From Escherichia virus TH57, in the sequence record MT446422.1: 64,000 nucleotides of DNA; one strand, written 5' to 3'. Shown piece after piece: positions 10,151-19,534 of the stretch; position 1 is the stretch's first letter, and every line of letters starts with the position of its first letter. The translations under genes were made by a program, and so were the position numbers. The notes beneath the pieces are model-generated. The model had not been told where the DNA came from and made no database searches. It saw nothing but the letters and a program-made list of their open reading frames with translations.

Positions 10151-11423
10151 CCAGTGGTGGAAGTTTAACACCAAGATAAGAACTCAATTGGCTTTGGTTG
10201 GCCATCTTATCCATATCAGCTCCATCAATAATGCGAGCTTCTTTATCATCTTTAGCAACCGTGTAAGGGTTCGCTGTCAATGCATAACGAGCTAACAGTG
10301 CAACCGTAGGCTGTAAGCTTTCAGGGTCAACAATAACCTTGAATTCCCCAACCGAGGTATCACCCTCATCATCAACTTCGCTAAGCCCTTCCGTATAAGG
10401 CGCATAATACAAAGATGCGACCGTCTGACCCTCGCCCATATCCGCATTTACACCAACAATAACATAATCGCATGGACTATTCATATCTGCATAAAGAGGC
10501 AAACCGTTCTTCAGAACACCATAGGCCAATTCATCCTGGTCTTCCTTTTTCTCAACCCAACCAGAAGCGGCTAAAATAGCTGCACAACGGGAAGAAGCAA
10601 CCGCATATGTACCAGCAAACGAAGTCTGACGTTGAACTGCAGAATTCATTTCACACATATAATAATACAGGGTTCGTGCGCGGTCCTGTGCGTTATCATA
10701 TTTCGGGTCAGTGAGATTCAACACACCTTTTTCAGAAACACCTTGGACCTTGAAGCGGGAACTAACAGTAATAAGGGATTGCAATACATCCTTATTAATT
10801 TCCTCTGCCATTTGAATGCCGAGAATATTATCGATGAAGTCTGTTGCATCGAAACCGTTTGCTTCCAGGTCCTGGGCAAGCTCGACAGTTAAAGAAGTTT
10901 TCAACTTTCTGGATTTAACTTCAGTCTGCCATTTATCGATACGGAAACCAGCTTCAGCAATTTCAGGATGCCCCTTTTCAAATTTATCAGTGAAAGCAGC
11001 ATCTGACATCATTCTTATATGTCCAGCAGCAATGGCTTCAGAAATAACTTCACCTAAATCAGTTTCGAGTGTCCCGGCAAAGGGAGAAGCTTCCAGAACT
11101 TTGAATACAACGCTTTCAAACTGAAACATATCGCCGACTGCATAAGCTTCGTCTTTGTTCGTAAATTCTGGGATATTCTTACGCTCGAACATACCAATCT
11201 GGCCCGCGAATGTTGCTCCACCGAGATAAGTCATTTTATCATCTGGGTTCAGAACACGAACACCATACAGCGCTGCAACAGGCTGGGTAGTTTTCTGTTC
11301 GGCCACGAGTGCTTTAAAAATTCGTTTATTCGTAGCCTGGGTATAAGAAAGCAAATTAGGACGGGCGACCTGGTTGGCCGCCGTTAATGTTGATTCATGA
11401 ATTAGTGCATTAATCTTTTGCAT
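10140..11423 (-). CDS. 24: capsid vertex protein gp24 paralog (second copy)
   Basis: 427 aa; clear similarity to the adjacent gp24 copy and to gp23 fold (C-terminal FKVIVDPESLQP...ANPYTVAKDDKEARIID). Confidence 0.85.
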   Translation of the reverse strand: MQKINALIHESTLTAANQVARPNLLSYTQATNKRIFKALVAEQKTTQPVAALYGVRVLNPDDKMTYLGGATFAGQIGMFERKNIPEFTNKDEAYAVGDMFQFESVVFKVLEASPFAGTLETDLGEVISEAIAAGHIRMMSDAAFTDKFEKGHPEIAEAGFRIDKWQTEVKSRKLKTSLTVELAQDLEANGFDATDFIDNILGIQMAEEINKDVLQSLITVSSRFKVQGVSEKGVLNLTDPKYDNAQDRARTLYYYMCEMNSAVQRQTSFAGTYAVASSRCAAILAASGWVEKKEDQDELAYGVLKNGLPLYADMNSPCDYVIVGVNADMGEGQTVASLYYAPYTEGLSEVDDEGDTSVGEFKVIVDPESLQPTVALLARYALTANPYTVAKDDKEARIIDGADMDKMANQSQLSSYLGVKLPPLEKE

Positions 11424-12704
11424 TTACGCCTCATAAATGATTGGCGGAAGTTTAACACCGAGCAGATAAGACATGTTGCTCTGACCGGCCATTAAATCCA
11501 TATTGGTTGCATCGATAATACGAGCTTCTTTATCGTCTTTAGCAACGGTGTAAGGGTTGGCTGAAAGTGCATATCGAACCATCAAGGAGATAGATGGCTG
11601 CAAGCTGTCTGGGTCCACAATGACCTTAAACGCACCTACGTGTTCTTCATCATCTAAGTCCAGGCCTTCGGTATAAGGAGCATAGAAGATTGAGCCTACG
11701 ACTTCGTTTCCGCCGTAATTTTCTTTAACGCCAACGGTTACATAATCCAATGGACTGTTAACATCACAGAATACAGGGAGGCCATTAATCAAATAACCGT
11801 ACGCTGTTTCAGGAAGCCATTGTTCATCTTCTGGTTTATGTTTCAGCCACCCAGAACCGGCCAGCATAGCAGCAACACGGCTAGAGGCAACAACAAAGGT
11901 ACCGGAATAAGATGTAGTTTTCTGAATTTCGGAGTTCATTTCGCAAACCAGTTCATACAGTTTACGTGCGCCTTCTGGAGCTGCATCATATGTTAAATCG
12001 ATGGTGCCATTGTCAGAAACGCCAGTTACTTTATAACGCTTGGAAACGGTAATAAGAGACTGAAGAACATCTTTGTTAATTTCATCTGCCATAATAGTAG
12101 CAAGCAGGTCTTCCAGGAAAGCAGGAGCATTAAAGCCATTTGCTTCCATATCCTGAGCAAGTTCAACAGTTAATGCAGTTTTCAATTTACGGGATTTAAC
12201 AGGAGCATTCCATTTATTAACCTGGAATACAGCATTGCTAATTTCAACATCACCGGCTTCGAATTTTTCGGTGTGTGCAGCATCAGGAACTAAACGAATA
12301 GTCGATGCAATAAGACCTTCTTGCAGAACATCAGATAACACTGTTTCTGTGGTCGATGCAAATGGATTATCAACCAGAGCTTTATAAACGATATTCTGGA
12401 ATTTAATGTATCCGCCTTTAGCTACGGCCTGAGTTGGGGTTGTAAATTCCGGAATAGTTGTACGGTCTTTTGAACCAACTTCACCACCATAAGTAGCACC
12501 AGTCTGGAAACTGAATTCATTATCAGGAGTAAGATATTTAACACCGTACAGAGCCGCAACTGGCTGGTTAGTACGTTGTTCAGCGATAATATCGCGGTAA
12601 ATCAATTTGGTTGTAGCACGGGTCAAAGCAACAAGATTCGGGCGGCCCAAGGAGTTGCTGGTAGTAATAGTTGACTCGCGCAGTAATTTGTTAATCTTTG
12701 CCAT
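11424..12704 (-). CDS. 24: capsid vertex protein gp24
   Basis: start at MAKINKLLREST matching remembered T4 gp24 N-terminus; about 426 aa. Confidence 0.9.
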   Translation of the reverse strand: MAKINKLLRESTITTSNSLGRPNLVALTRATTKLIYRDIIAEQRTNQPVAALYGVKYLTPDNEFSFQTGATYGGEVGSKDRTTIPEFTTPTQAVAKGGYIKFQNIVYKALVDNPFASTTETVLSDVLQEGLIASTIRLVPDAAHTEKFEAGDVEISNAVFQVNKWNAPVKSRKLKTALTVELAQDMEANGFNAPAFLEDLLATIMADEINKDVLQSLITVSKRYKVTGVSDNGTIDLTYDAAPEGARKLYELVCEMNSEIQKTTSYSGTFVVASSRVAAMLAGSGWLKHKPEDEQWLPETAYGYLINGLPVFCDVNSPLDYVTVGVKENYGGNEVVGSIFYAPYTEGLDLDDEEHVGAFKVIVDPDSLQPSISLMVRYALSANPYTVAKDDKEARIIDATNMDLMAGQSNMSYLLGVKLPPIIYEA

Positions 12705-12743
12705 TTGCGCTTTCCTTTTGTGATATACTTTATTTATTCCCAA

Positions 12744-12768
12744 TAAAAAAGGGACTCCGAAGAGTCCC
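12744..12768 (-). terminator. rho-independent terminator between genes 23 and 24
   Basis: gggactcttcggagtccc hairpin followed by ttttttatt on minus strand. Confidence 0.7.
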
Positions 12769-12784
12769 TGAAATTTATTAAGGA

Positions 12785-14344
12785 TTAAATTCCCTTAACA
12801 TATACACGTCTAAAGTAACCGTTCAAGCCGAGGCTGTTAACGATGTCCGGCATGCCGTTCTGAATGCGCTTGGTCGGAGCCTGAGCAGCAGGGTCAGCAA
12901 ACGGGTTGATACCGATACCGTAACGGGTTTTGAAGCCCATAACCGGCTGGAAGTTTTTCGGGTCAGAGCCACGCAGCGGGGTCAGTGCAACATATGGTGC
13001 GTAGTAGATACCAGCATCCATTTCGTTAGCGCCTTTGTAACCGATGGTGAAATAGTCTGCACGAGCATACTGGTCGATATAGACACGGTATTTGCCACCC
13101 AGAACACCGGCGAACACAGCTTTAGTGGTATCAACGTTGAAACCTTTACCCAGACCCTGAGCAGCATAACTAACAGAAGTATCAACAGCAGCCAGTACGT
13201 TAACTACGTTACGGGAAGCGATGATGAAGTTACCTGCACCACGACCGGTCTGACGAGCGATTTCAGCGGCTTCTTTATCAATCTGGAACAGTAAAGCTTT
13301 GAAGCTTTCACCAGCCCAACGAGCACCACGGATATCAATCGGGTCCTGGAAGTCAAACACACCAGCTTTAGCGCCAACGGTGTTGGTCATACCAGATTTA
13401 CCAACCTGTGCGGAGTAGTTAATCCAATCGATAACTTCACGGTTGATTTCCAACATAATTTCGGTAGCCAGAATACCACTCAATTCGGCATCAGCATCCA
13501 TACCGTGAACAGCACGCAGGTCCTGTGCCAATTCGATAGAGTAGCTTGCTTTCAGCTGGCGAGATTTAGCTTCGATAACTTGTTTATCGATACGGAAGCC
13601 CATTTCGTTCCACGGGTTATCAGAGGAACCGTTAAAACCTTCTTGAAGTTCGGCGATAGAGGTAGCCATACCTTCAGCCAGTTCAGCCAGTTTGCCAGCT
13701 TCGAGCAGTTTGGTAACTTCAGCATCCAGTTTAGCAGCGTCAGTAGCGCCAGCATCAACGGTTACAGCTTCAACAGCCTGGAAGTGCGCGGAACCGGTTG
13801 CTTCGAAGAAGTGAGAATAAATTTTACCAACTTCCAGAACTTTGCTTGCAGCCAGAGCTTCAAAAGTCTGAGCAGCGCCCTGACCAGAGAACATAGCGTT
13901 CGGAGCATACATCGGGTGGAAAGCTTCTTTAGCACCGGCAGCTACAGGGTCTTTACCGTAAACTGCGCGCAGGGCAAATACCTGGCCAGTCGGGTTGTTC
14001 AGAGGCTGTACGCCACAAATATCAAACGCAATCAGATGCGGGATAGCACGACGAACCATGCCCATAACTGCCGGCCCAATCTGAGTTACTGCACCAGAGG
14101 TCTGGCCAGCAGCGATATTGGTAGCATCATAACCATGGTCACCACCGATTTCAGCTTCGGTCAAGAAAGAACCAAATGCTTCGGAGATTTTTTCGTCACG
14201 ATATTCAGGAGCGGTTAGAATATCTTGTTCCTGGTTTTCAAAGATTTTAGCGATGATAGCTTGTTTGGAAGCACCAACGATTTCCGGAAGAGCTTCGTTT
14301 TCCAACAGAGCGGACCATTTTTGAACTAATGCATTCTTTTTCAT
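12785..14344 (-). CDS. 23: major capsid protein gp23
   Basis: 519 aa; strongly matches remembered T4 gp23 (MGMVRRAIP.LIAFDICGVQP, AELQEGFNGSSDNPWNEMGFRIDKQVIEAKSRQLKA). Confidence 0.95.
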   Translation of the reverse strand: MKKNALVQKWSALLENEALPEIVGASKQAIIAKIFENQEQDILTAPEYRDEKISEAFGSFLTEAEIGGDHGYDATNIAAGQTSGAVTQIGPAVMGMVRRAIPHLIAFDICGVQPLNNPTGQVFALRAVYGKDPVAAGAKEAFHPMYAPNAMFSGQGAAQTFEALAASKVLEVGKIYSHFFEATGSAHFQAVEAVTVDAGATDAAKLDAEVTKLLEAGKLAELAEGMATSIAELQEGFNGSSDNPWNEMGFRIDKQVIEAKSRQLKASYSIELAQDLRAVHGMDADAELSGILATEIMLEINREVIDWINYSAQVGKSGMTNTVGAKAGVFDFQDPIDIRGARWAGESFKALLFQIDKEAAEIARQTGRGAGNFIIASRNVVNVLAAVDTSVSYAAQGLGKGFNVDTTKAVFAGVLGGKYRVYIDQYARADYFTIGYKGANEMDAGIYYAPYVALTPLRGSDPKNFQPVMGFKTRYGIGINPFADPAAQAPTKRIQNGMPDIVNSLGLNGYFRRVYVKGI

Positions 14345-14365
14345 GTGTTGTATAACCTTATTAAA

Positions 14366-15184
14366 TTAAGAAATTCGTGATGCTGCGAGAGCAGACAAGT
14401 CCGCAAAGGACAGGGTAGGCTTGGTGCCTTTTTCTTCAACTGCTTCTGAAATGTAATTCAGTGCCGCAGCATCGTCTACATTTTTATTTATAGCGGCTTC
14501 GGTGATTGGTTTGTCGGTGGCTTCTACCTGACCTTTAACCATTTCAACGATAGCGCCAATTTTGGTACCGAATGCATCAGAGTATTCCATGCCTTCTACC
14601 AGAGAACCAACTTTTTCTTTTTGAGATTCAGTCAGGTCTTTAGTCGCTTCAGTCAACGCAACTTCACGTTGGACATAATTGATATAAGCATCACGCTTAG
14701 CAACTTCTTCGAACAGATTAGCGGTTTCTTCTTTCTGTTCAGCCAGTTCTTCCTGCATTTCTGCAACAACATCAACAGATTCTTCTGGAACAACAACGTT
14801 GTGCTCAACGAACAGTTCTTTCATGCCGGTGAACATGGATTCGAACAGGTCGGCTTTAATGCCACGGTCGACAGCCAGTTTATTTTCAGCGAGCCATTCT
14901 TTAGCAACGTGGTCCAGGAATTTAGCTGCAGATTCTTTCAGTTTTTTCTCTGCTTTTTCGTCGGCTTCTTCTTTATTCTTTTCGACTTCTTCTTCAGCTT
15001 TTTCAGCGATGGCGTGAATGTGAGATTCTGCCAGTTTGATGGCGTGTTGCTTGACGGTAGCTTCGAATACAGTGCCGAAGGTAGCTTTCGCTTCCGGGGA
15101 CAAATTAACTGATTCGAAAATACTATCAAGAGCAACGGAAGCATCGATATTCTGAGCTTCAGAAATGAGTTGTTCTTTAAGCAT
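14366..15184 (-). CDS. 22: prohead core scaffold protein gp22
   Basis: 272 aa, acidic coiled-coil-rich, position between 21 and 23. Confidence 0.85.
   Translation of the reverse strand: MLKEQLISEAQNIDASVALDSIFESVNLSPEAKATFGTVFEATVKQHAIKLAESHIHAIAEKAEEEVEKNKEEADEKAEKKLKESAAKFLDHVAKEWLAENKLAVDRGIKADLFESMFTGMKELFVEHNVVVPEESVDVVAEMQEELAEQKEETANLFEEVAKRDAYINYVQREVALTEATKDLTESQKEKVGSLVEGMEYSDAFGTKIGAIVEMVKGQVEATDKPITEAAINKNVDDAAALNYISEAVEEKGTKPTLSFADLSALAASRIS
14485..14492 (-). promoter_or_regulatory. late promoter box TATAAATA (gene 23)
   Basis: exact TATAAATA on minus strand within the 3' end of gene 22, as for T4 P23. Confidence 0.55.
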
Positions 15185-15213
15185 TTTGTAGTCCTGTTGT
15201 TAAGATATACATT

Positions 15214-15221
15214 TATTTATA
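15214..15221 (-). promoter_or_regulatory. late promoter box TATAAATA (gene 22)
   Basis: exact TATAAATA about 30 nt upstream of gene 22 start. Confidence 0.6.
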
Positions 15222-15855
15222 ACGTCTTTAAAGCCTCTGCGAGAGCCATAAAGGCGTCATCGGCACTGGTATCGGCAACTGCCGTTTGTGATTCTGTAAT
15301 CTGCTTTGGTTTGACCCAAGCGTCCGGAGCACTTGGCCCCCATACTGCATCTACTCCAACCGTCAATTTAAAACCTTCATTAACGATGCTATAACCTTTT
15401 GCTGATTTAGTCAGGGAACCAAGTCCACGACTAGATACACCAGGAATCCAACCTGCTCTTATATTCGCAGCAAGTTTATCACCTGGGCCATGGTCGCCTT
15501 CGATAATACGCGCGCGGCCATATACATCATTACCTTTCCACCACATGTCCTCGATAATAATTGCCGCCTGCATAGGGTCAACGTTTGCACGAGGTGGATG
15601 GTTTAATTCTCCAAGAGACTGTTTGGTTTCAACCTGTTCGGCGATATAGTCCGCAACGGCTTTTTCCAAAATATGTTTAGGATAAAGTCGTTTATTACGG
15701 TTAACAACTTCAGCTTGTAGGAAAATACCTTCAATATAAAGTCCTGGCTTTAAACCGCTGCTGGAACCATCATGAGATTCCAACATCGGTACACCATCTT
15801 TAATTTCGCCCGGTTGACCCCAGTGTTCAATTAGTAACTCTGGTTTCTGTTCCAT
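15217..15855 (-). CDS. 21: prohead core protein and protease gp21
   Basis: 212 aa, same length as T4 gp21; position 68-21-22. Confidence 0.85.
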   Translation of the reverse strand: MEQKPELLIEHWGQPGEIKDGVPMLESHDGSSSGLKPGLYIEGIFLQAEVVNRNKRLYPKHILEKAVADYIAEQVETKQSLGELNHPPRANVDPMQAAIIIEDMWWKGNDVYGRARIIEGDHGPGDKLAANIRAGWIPGVSSRGLGSLTKSAKGYSIVNEGFKLTVGVDAVWGPSAPDAWVKPKQITESQTAVADTSADDAFMALAEALKTL

Positions 15856-16283
15856 TAATCAAGTCCGAATGCTTTACGCTTAGCTCGAGCTTTTTTGCGC
15901 TTGCGCTCTGCTCTGATTTGCGTAGATGGGTTTGCTCTTTTCGTTTTAGTAGCCAGACGGGCAATTTGACGACGTTTAGCTTTAGAAAGACCAGTTGTTT
16001 GGAAAGCATTACGCTTACGAGTAGCTAGGTCTTTTGTGCGGGTTAGCTCACCGCGAGACGATACATGTTTAACGATAAATTCGTTAAGCTGAACACCTTC
16101 ATTCAGTGCACCGATAACCGTTGCTTTTTCGTATTCACCGGCTGCAAACATGTTTTCTACAATAATATTTATATCGTCTTTTTCTAAGGCTTCAGATAAT
16201 GAATCAAATTGTCCCTGAGCTTCTTCGGAAACACTTTCGATGTTTTCAAGAGTTAATTCGTAATCATCAGGGATAATAAACAT
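15855..16283 (-). CDS. 68: prohead core protein gp68
   Basis: 142 aa, basic C-terminus; position as in T4. Confidence 0.7.
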   Translation of the reverse strand: MFIIPDDYELTLENIESVSEEAQGQFDSLSEALEKDDINIIVENMFAAGEYEKATVIGALNEGVQLNEFIVKHVSSRGELTRTKDLATRKRNAFQTTGLSKAKRRQIARLATKTKRANPSTQIRAERKRKKARAKRKAFGLD

Positions 16284-16543
16284 TATTCATCGTCCTCATC
16301 TTCATCTTCATCATCGTCGCCTTCGTCAGCGTCATCAGATTCTTTTTTGTCTTTCTTTTCTTCTTTGCCTTCGTCCTTGTTTTCATCTTCTTTAGGCTCT
16401 TCACCTTCAATCATGATGGAACGTGCAATTTCAATCTTACGTTCTTCAATCAAACTACCGCATACTGGGCCAATGTTTTCAGCAAAATATTTGCGAACGG
16501 CTACGAGGTCGTTTGATTTAATGGCTTCAAATAAATCATCCAT
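16283..16543 (-). CDS. 67: prohead core protein gp67
   Basis: 86 aa with poly-acidic tail ([11 protein letters not shown]); position as in T4. Confidence 0.7.
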   Translation of the reverse strand: MDDLFEAIKSNDLVAVRKYFAENIGPVCGSLIEERKIEIARSIMIEGEEPKEDENKDEGKEEKKDKKESDDADEGDDDEDEDEDDE

Positions 16544-18117
16544 TAGAAATCCTCTTCTTCTTCTTCAGGGTTTTGGAAACGAGCCTCTTTGGACTCCAAT
16601 TCAATTTGCTTAGCTTCTTGATTAATTTCTTCATCAGACATCTGGAGGAAATCCTTCATAGCCGTTTGATGCGAAATATATTTACCGATAAACGGTTCAG
16701 CCATCGTTAGCATATTGATTCTGCGTTCCATGATTTCTGCGTCTTTCATTTCGGTGAAATAGCTATCACGGTTGAACGTAACTTTAATATTATTTAGTTC
16801 CTTTTCCCATTCCTCTTCTGAAATAATTTTTTTCAGGATAAGGTTGGTTTTAAGTGGGTCGAGGAAAACTTCTTCAAATTTATTCTGTAGCTGCCTAATC
16901 CATTTAGAGAAATTCAATTCATCGCGAGTAATTGTCGCGCCCGCATCAAACATAACACCACTGTTTTGGTCATTAGGGATACGAGATAATGGAATTCGGA
17001 GAGCTTGATATAGGTTGTTCTTAAACCAACGAACATCGTCCATATCCGACATGCCTTGTGCACCCGGGAGAGTGTCAACTTCGGTGACAGCTTTACCATC
17101 ACGACGTTGCAACCAATAGTCTTCTGTCATTGACATGTTGTGCTGTTGGTTTTTGATTTTACCCGTGGTTGCATCATATACGACACGGTTTTTCATCGTG
17201 TTCATAATATGTTGCATATGCGCTGCTGCTTTACGAGACGGCATATTCCCAGTATCGATATAAAAGACTCGGCGGTCTGGAGCACGAGTTATACGATAAA
17301 TGACTAAAGCATCTTCTAATAGTTTTAATTGGTTTGCAGGTTTAATTGCTCGTTGTAAGTATCCGATGATATTCTTGCCACAGCAATCAAGTAATCCAGA
17401 ATGCGCATATACAATCGCCGCACGAGGAATTTTTATTTTAGTACCTGCTTCATATATACGACCATCGGCACAATAACTTTCATGGCCAGTATCGTATACA
17501 AAATATTCTCTGTAACCGTCGACAATTTTTGTACCATTTTCCATGCGTGTAACGATTTCACGGATGAACTGGATTTGTCTTGGGTCGAGGCGACGAAGTT
17601 CTTGAACTCCATCTTTAAGTTTTGCTGGGTTGATAATTTTGTGGAAGAAAATTCGAGAATCCACATACCAACGTTTAAAGTGGTCAGAACCTTTACGCTC
17701 GAAATTAAGAAGGTTATTAACTTCCGCGAATTCTTCAAGGATTCGGTCTTTAATTTTCTGACTAAATTCGGTAGCATCAAGATTAAGAGCTACAACATCT
17801 TTACCGTCTTCAAAAACGATAGCATCAGACACAATTTCTTGCACCGCGTTATCAACTTCATAATTATTTAGTAAGTTGCGGTAGGTGTCAATTAATTCCC
17901 TGGTATTTTTTACTTCAGGTTCATTACTCCCGAACATCTGTTGCATCAATGCATTATACGGGACGTTTTGTTCTTGTGACTCAATTTCGCGAGCCCCATC
18001 GTCAAACTTCGGCCCGGTCATTGACTCTAAATTATTTTTTTCTTGTTGCTTATATTCTTGTTCATCTTCTTTAGCCCAAGGCTTAAGAAAATTTAGTATT
18101 GTGTTAAAACCTGCCAT
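16543..18117 (-). CDS. 20: portal vertex protein gp20
   Basis: 524 aa, same length as T4 gp20; position upstream of 67/68/21. Confidence 0.9.
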   Translation of the reverse strand: MAGFNTILNFLKPWAKEDEQEYKQQEKNNLESMTGPKFDDGAREIESQEQNVPYNALMQQMFGSNEPEVKNTRELIDTYRNLLNNYEVDNAVQEIVSDAIVFEDGKDVVALNLDATEFSQKIKDRILEEFAEVNNLLNFERKGSDHFKRWYVDSRIFFHKIINPAKLKDGVQELRRLDPRQIQFIREIVTRMENGTKIVDGYREYFVYDTGHESYCADGRIYEAGTKIKIPRAAIVYAHSGLLDCCGKNIIGYLQRAIKPANQLKLLEDALVIYRITRAPDRRVFYIDTGNMPSRKAAAHMQHIMNTMKNRVVYDATTGKIKNQQHNMSMTEDYWLQRRDGKAVTEVDTLPGAQGMSDMDDVRWFKNNLYQALRIPLSRIPNDQNSGVMFDAGATITRDELNFSKWIRQLQNKFEEVFLDPLKTNLILKKIISEEEWEKELNNIKVTFNRDSYFTEMKDAEIMERRINMLTMAEPFIGKYISHQTAMKDFLQMSDEEINQEAKQIELESKEARFQNPEEEEEDF

Positions 18118-18165
18118 TAGAGTCTCCGAAGTTTGGGAAATGAGGCCGAAGCCTCATAATAACTT

Positions 18166-18173
18166 TATTTATA
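18166..18173 (-). promoter_or_regulatory. late promoter box TATAAATA (gene 20)
   Basis: exact TATAAATA about 50 nt upstream of gene 20 start, next to a GAGGC..GCCTC hairpin. Confidence 0.55.
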
Positions 18174-18174
18174 C

Positions 18175-18666
18175 TTATTCCCACCAGTCAATTGCGAACG
18201 TAGTTTCGAATGTCTCAATCTCATTATTCGAATCCCAATCCATCTGGACTTCACCAACGTTAGTTGGCCACATGCCGGTGATAACAACTTCTTTCGTAAC
18301 GGTCTTGCCATCACGATGGAACTGGCGAACAGTAGCGGTTTTCTTATAATCAGCAGGAGCTGCACCGGTAATTTCGTTGGTCATACCGTGACACATATTT
18401 TGCCAATCAACAATTGCTTGACGAACTTTATGGGCATCGTCGTTATAAATCGTAATAGTCCAGTCATCAAATGTACGGTCTCCCGCAACGTTGATTTTAC
18501 GGTTCATGTAACCAACTGGTACTTTTTCTACAATGCCTGCTGGCATCGGTGCAGCTTTGCAATGGAAAGCAAAGTTTTTACCCAGGAATGGGATTTCGAC
18601 TTCGAACAGGTTAGGGCGAGCAAAGTCACCGGATTCGAAAGCGCGTGTGATATCGGTCAACTCCAT
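18175..18666 (-). CDS. 19: tail tube protein gp19
   Basis: start at internal Met MELTDITRAF; 163 aa, same length as T4 gp19. Confidence 0.9.
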   Translation of the reverse strand: MELTDITRAFESGDFARPNLFEVEIPFLGKNFAFHCKAAPMPAGIVEKVPVGYMNRKINVAGDRTFDDWTITIYNDDAHKVRQAIVDWQNMCHGMTNEITGAAPADYKKTATVRQFHRDGKTVTKEVVITGMWPTNVGEVQMDWDSNNEIETFETTFAIDWWE

Positions 18667-18800
18667 TAAGGAATCCTCTTTATAGACACAGGTCGCACGT
18701 ACGCGTCCCTGGTGCATGTATTTATACTAGGTAATATGATTCATCAATAAATGTATTTAGGTCGCTGGGGGAGCTCTGAGGAGTCCGTAGAACCGATGAT

Positions 18801-18845
18801 ATGCTTTTATTTATAGCATTGTATAATGGTTCTACGGTTTACTGC
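18801..18845 (+). promoter_or_regulatory. MotA-box middle promoter-like cassette flanked by 10-bp inverted repeat; antisense to neighbouring genes
   Basis: TGCTTTT, 12-nt spacer, TATAAT (18822..18827), then GGTTCTACGG; CCGTAGAACC at 18786..18795 is its inverted partner; minus-strand TATAAATA at 18808..18815 overlaps. Confidence 0.4.
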
Positions 18846-18861
18846 TTAATTACATTTACTG

Positions 18862-19467
18862 TCAGGATAATATATCCCATAAGTCAATACTATTTGATTT
18901 TCCTTTGGACCTATTAGATTCCCAAGTGACTATTTCTAAATTGTTGAGCGAAGCGATAACAGTCTCTGGTATATGATTATAAAATCCATACGCAATAGAA
19001 ACTTTATGGTCAAGTTGGTATGCACCTTCTTCCCCACATTTTCCTATCTTATCTGCATTTTCCCATGTTGACCAAATATTCTTTAGATGTTTTGCTCTTG
19101 TCAATGCATGAACACGTTGAGCGTACAAATAGAATTCACGCTTATTGCCTTTCCAGCTATGATGTTTTTCACCACGTTGCCATGGTCTTGGCACACCGCC
19201 TTGTGCAATAACATTCTTTTGTCCAATATCTTTTCTTGAACACGCCTTACATAAATGTTTATCAACGCGACGAAGCAACTGAATCCCTCGCTCAAAATGT
19301 ATCCCACATTCATCACAGGAACACTCAATCTTTTTATTACTATTATCTGGCATTTGTTCAACTGGAACAGAAATCACATCATGGTATGTTAGAGGTTTAC
19401 CTAAGTATTCGCTCCACCACTTTGCATGATTTCGTATTTGAACTTCAACAAATTTAGAAATAATCAC
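18862..19467 (-). CDS. free-standing HNH homing endonuclease
   Basis: 201 aa; CxxC...CxxC zinc finger plus HNH core (QLDHKVSIAYGF ... NNLEIVTWESNRSKG); inserted between genes 18 and 19 where T4 has no gene. Confidence 0.75.
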   Translation of the reverse strand: MIISKFVEVQIRNHAKWWSEYLGKPLTYHDVISVPVEQMPDNSNKKIECSCDECGIHFERGIQLLRRVDKHLCKACSRKDIGQKNVIAQGGVPRPWQRGEKHHSWKGNKREFYLYAQRVHALTRAKHLKNIWSTWENADKIGKCGEEGAYQLDHKVSIAYGFYNHIPETVIASLNNLEIVTWESNRSKGKSNSIDLWDILS

Positions 19468-19484
19468 TTGTAAATCCTTGCGCG

Positions 19485-19492
19485 TATTTATA
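19485..19492 (-). promoter_or_regulatory. late promoter box TATAAATA embedded in an 8-bp-stem hairpin (HNH gene)
   Basis: GCGCGTAT-ttatatc-ATACGCGC palindrome 19480..19502 contains TATAAATA on minus strand about 20 nt upstream of HNH start. Confidence 0.5.
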
Positions 19493-19534
19493 TCATACGC
19501 GCATTATAACCCAAGTTAAATCAGAAGTAAAGTC

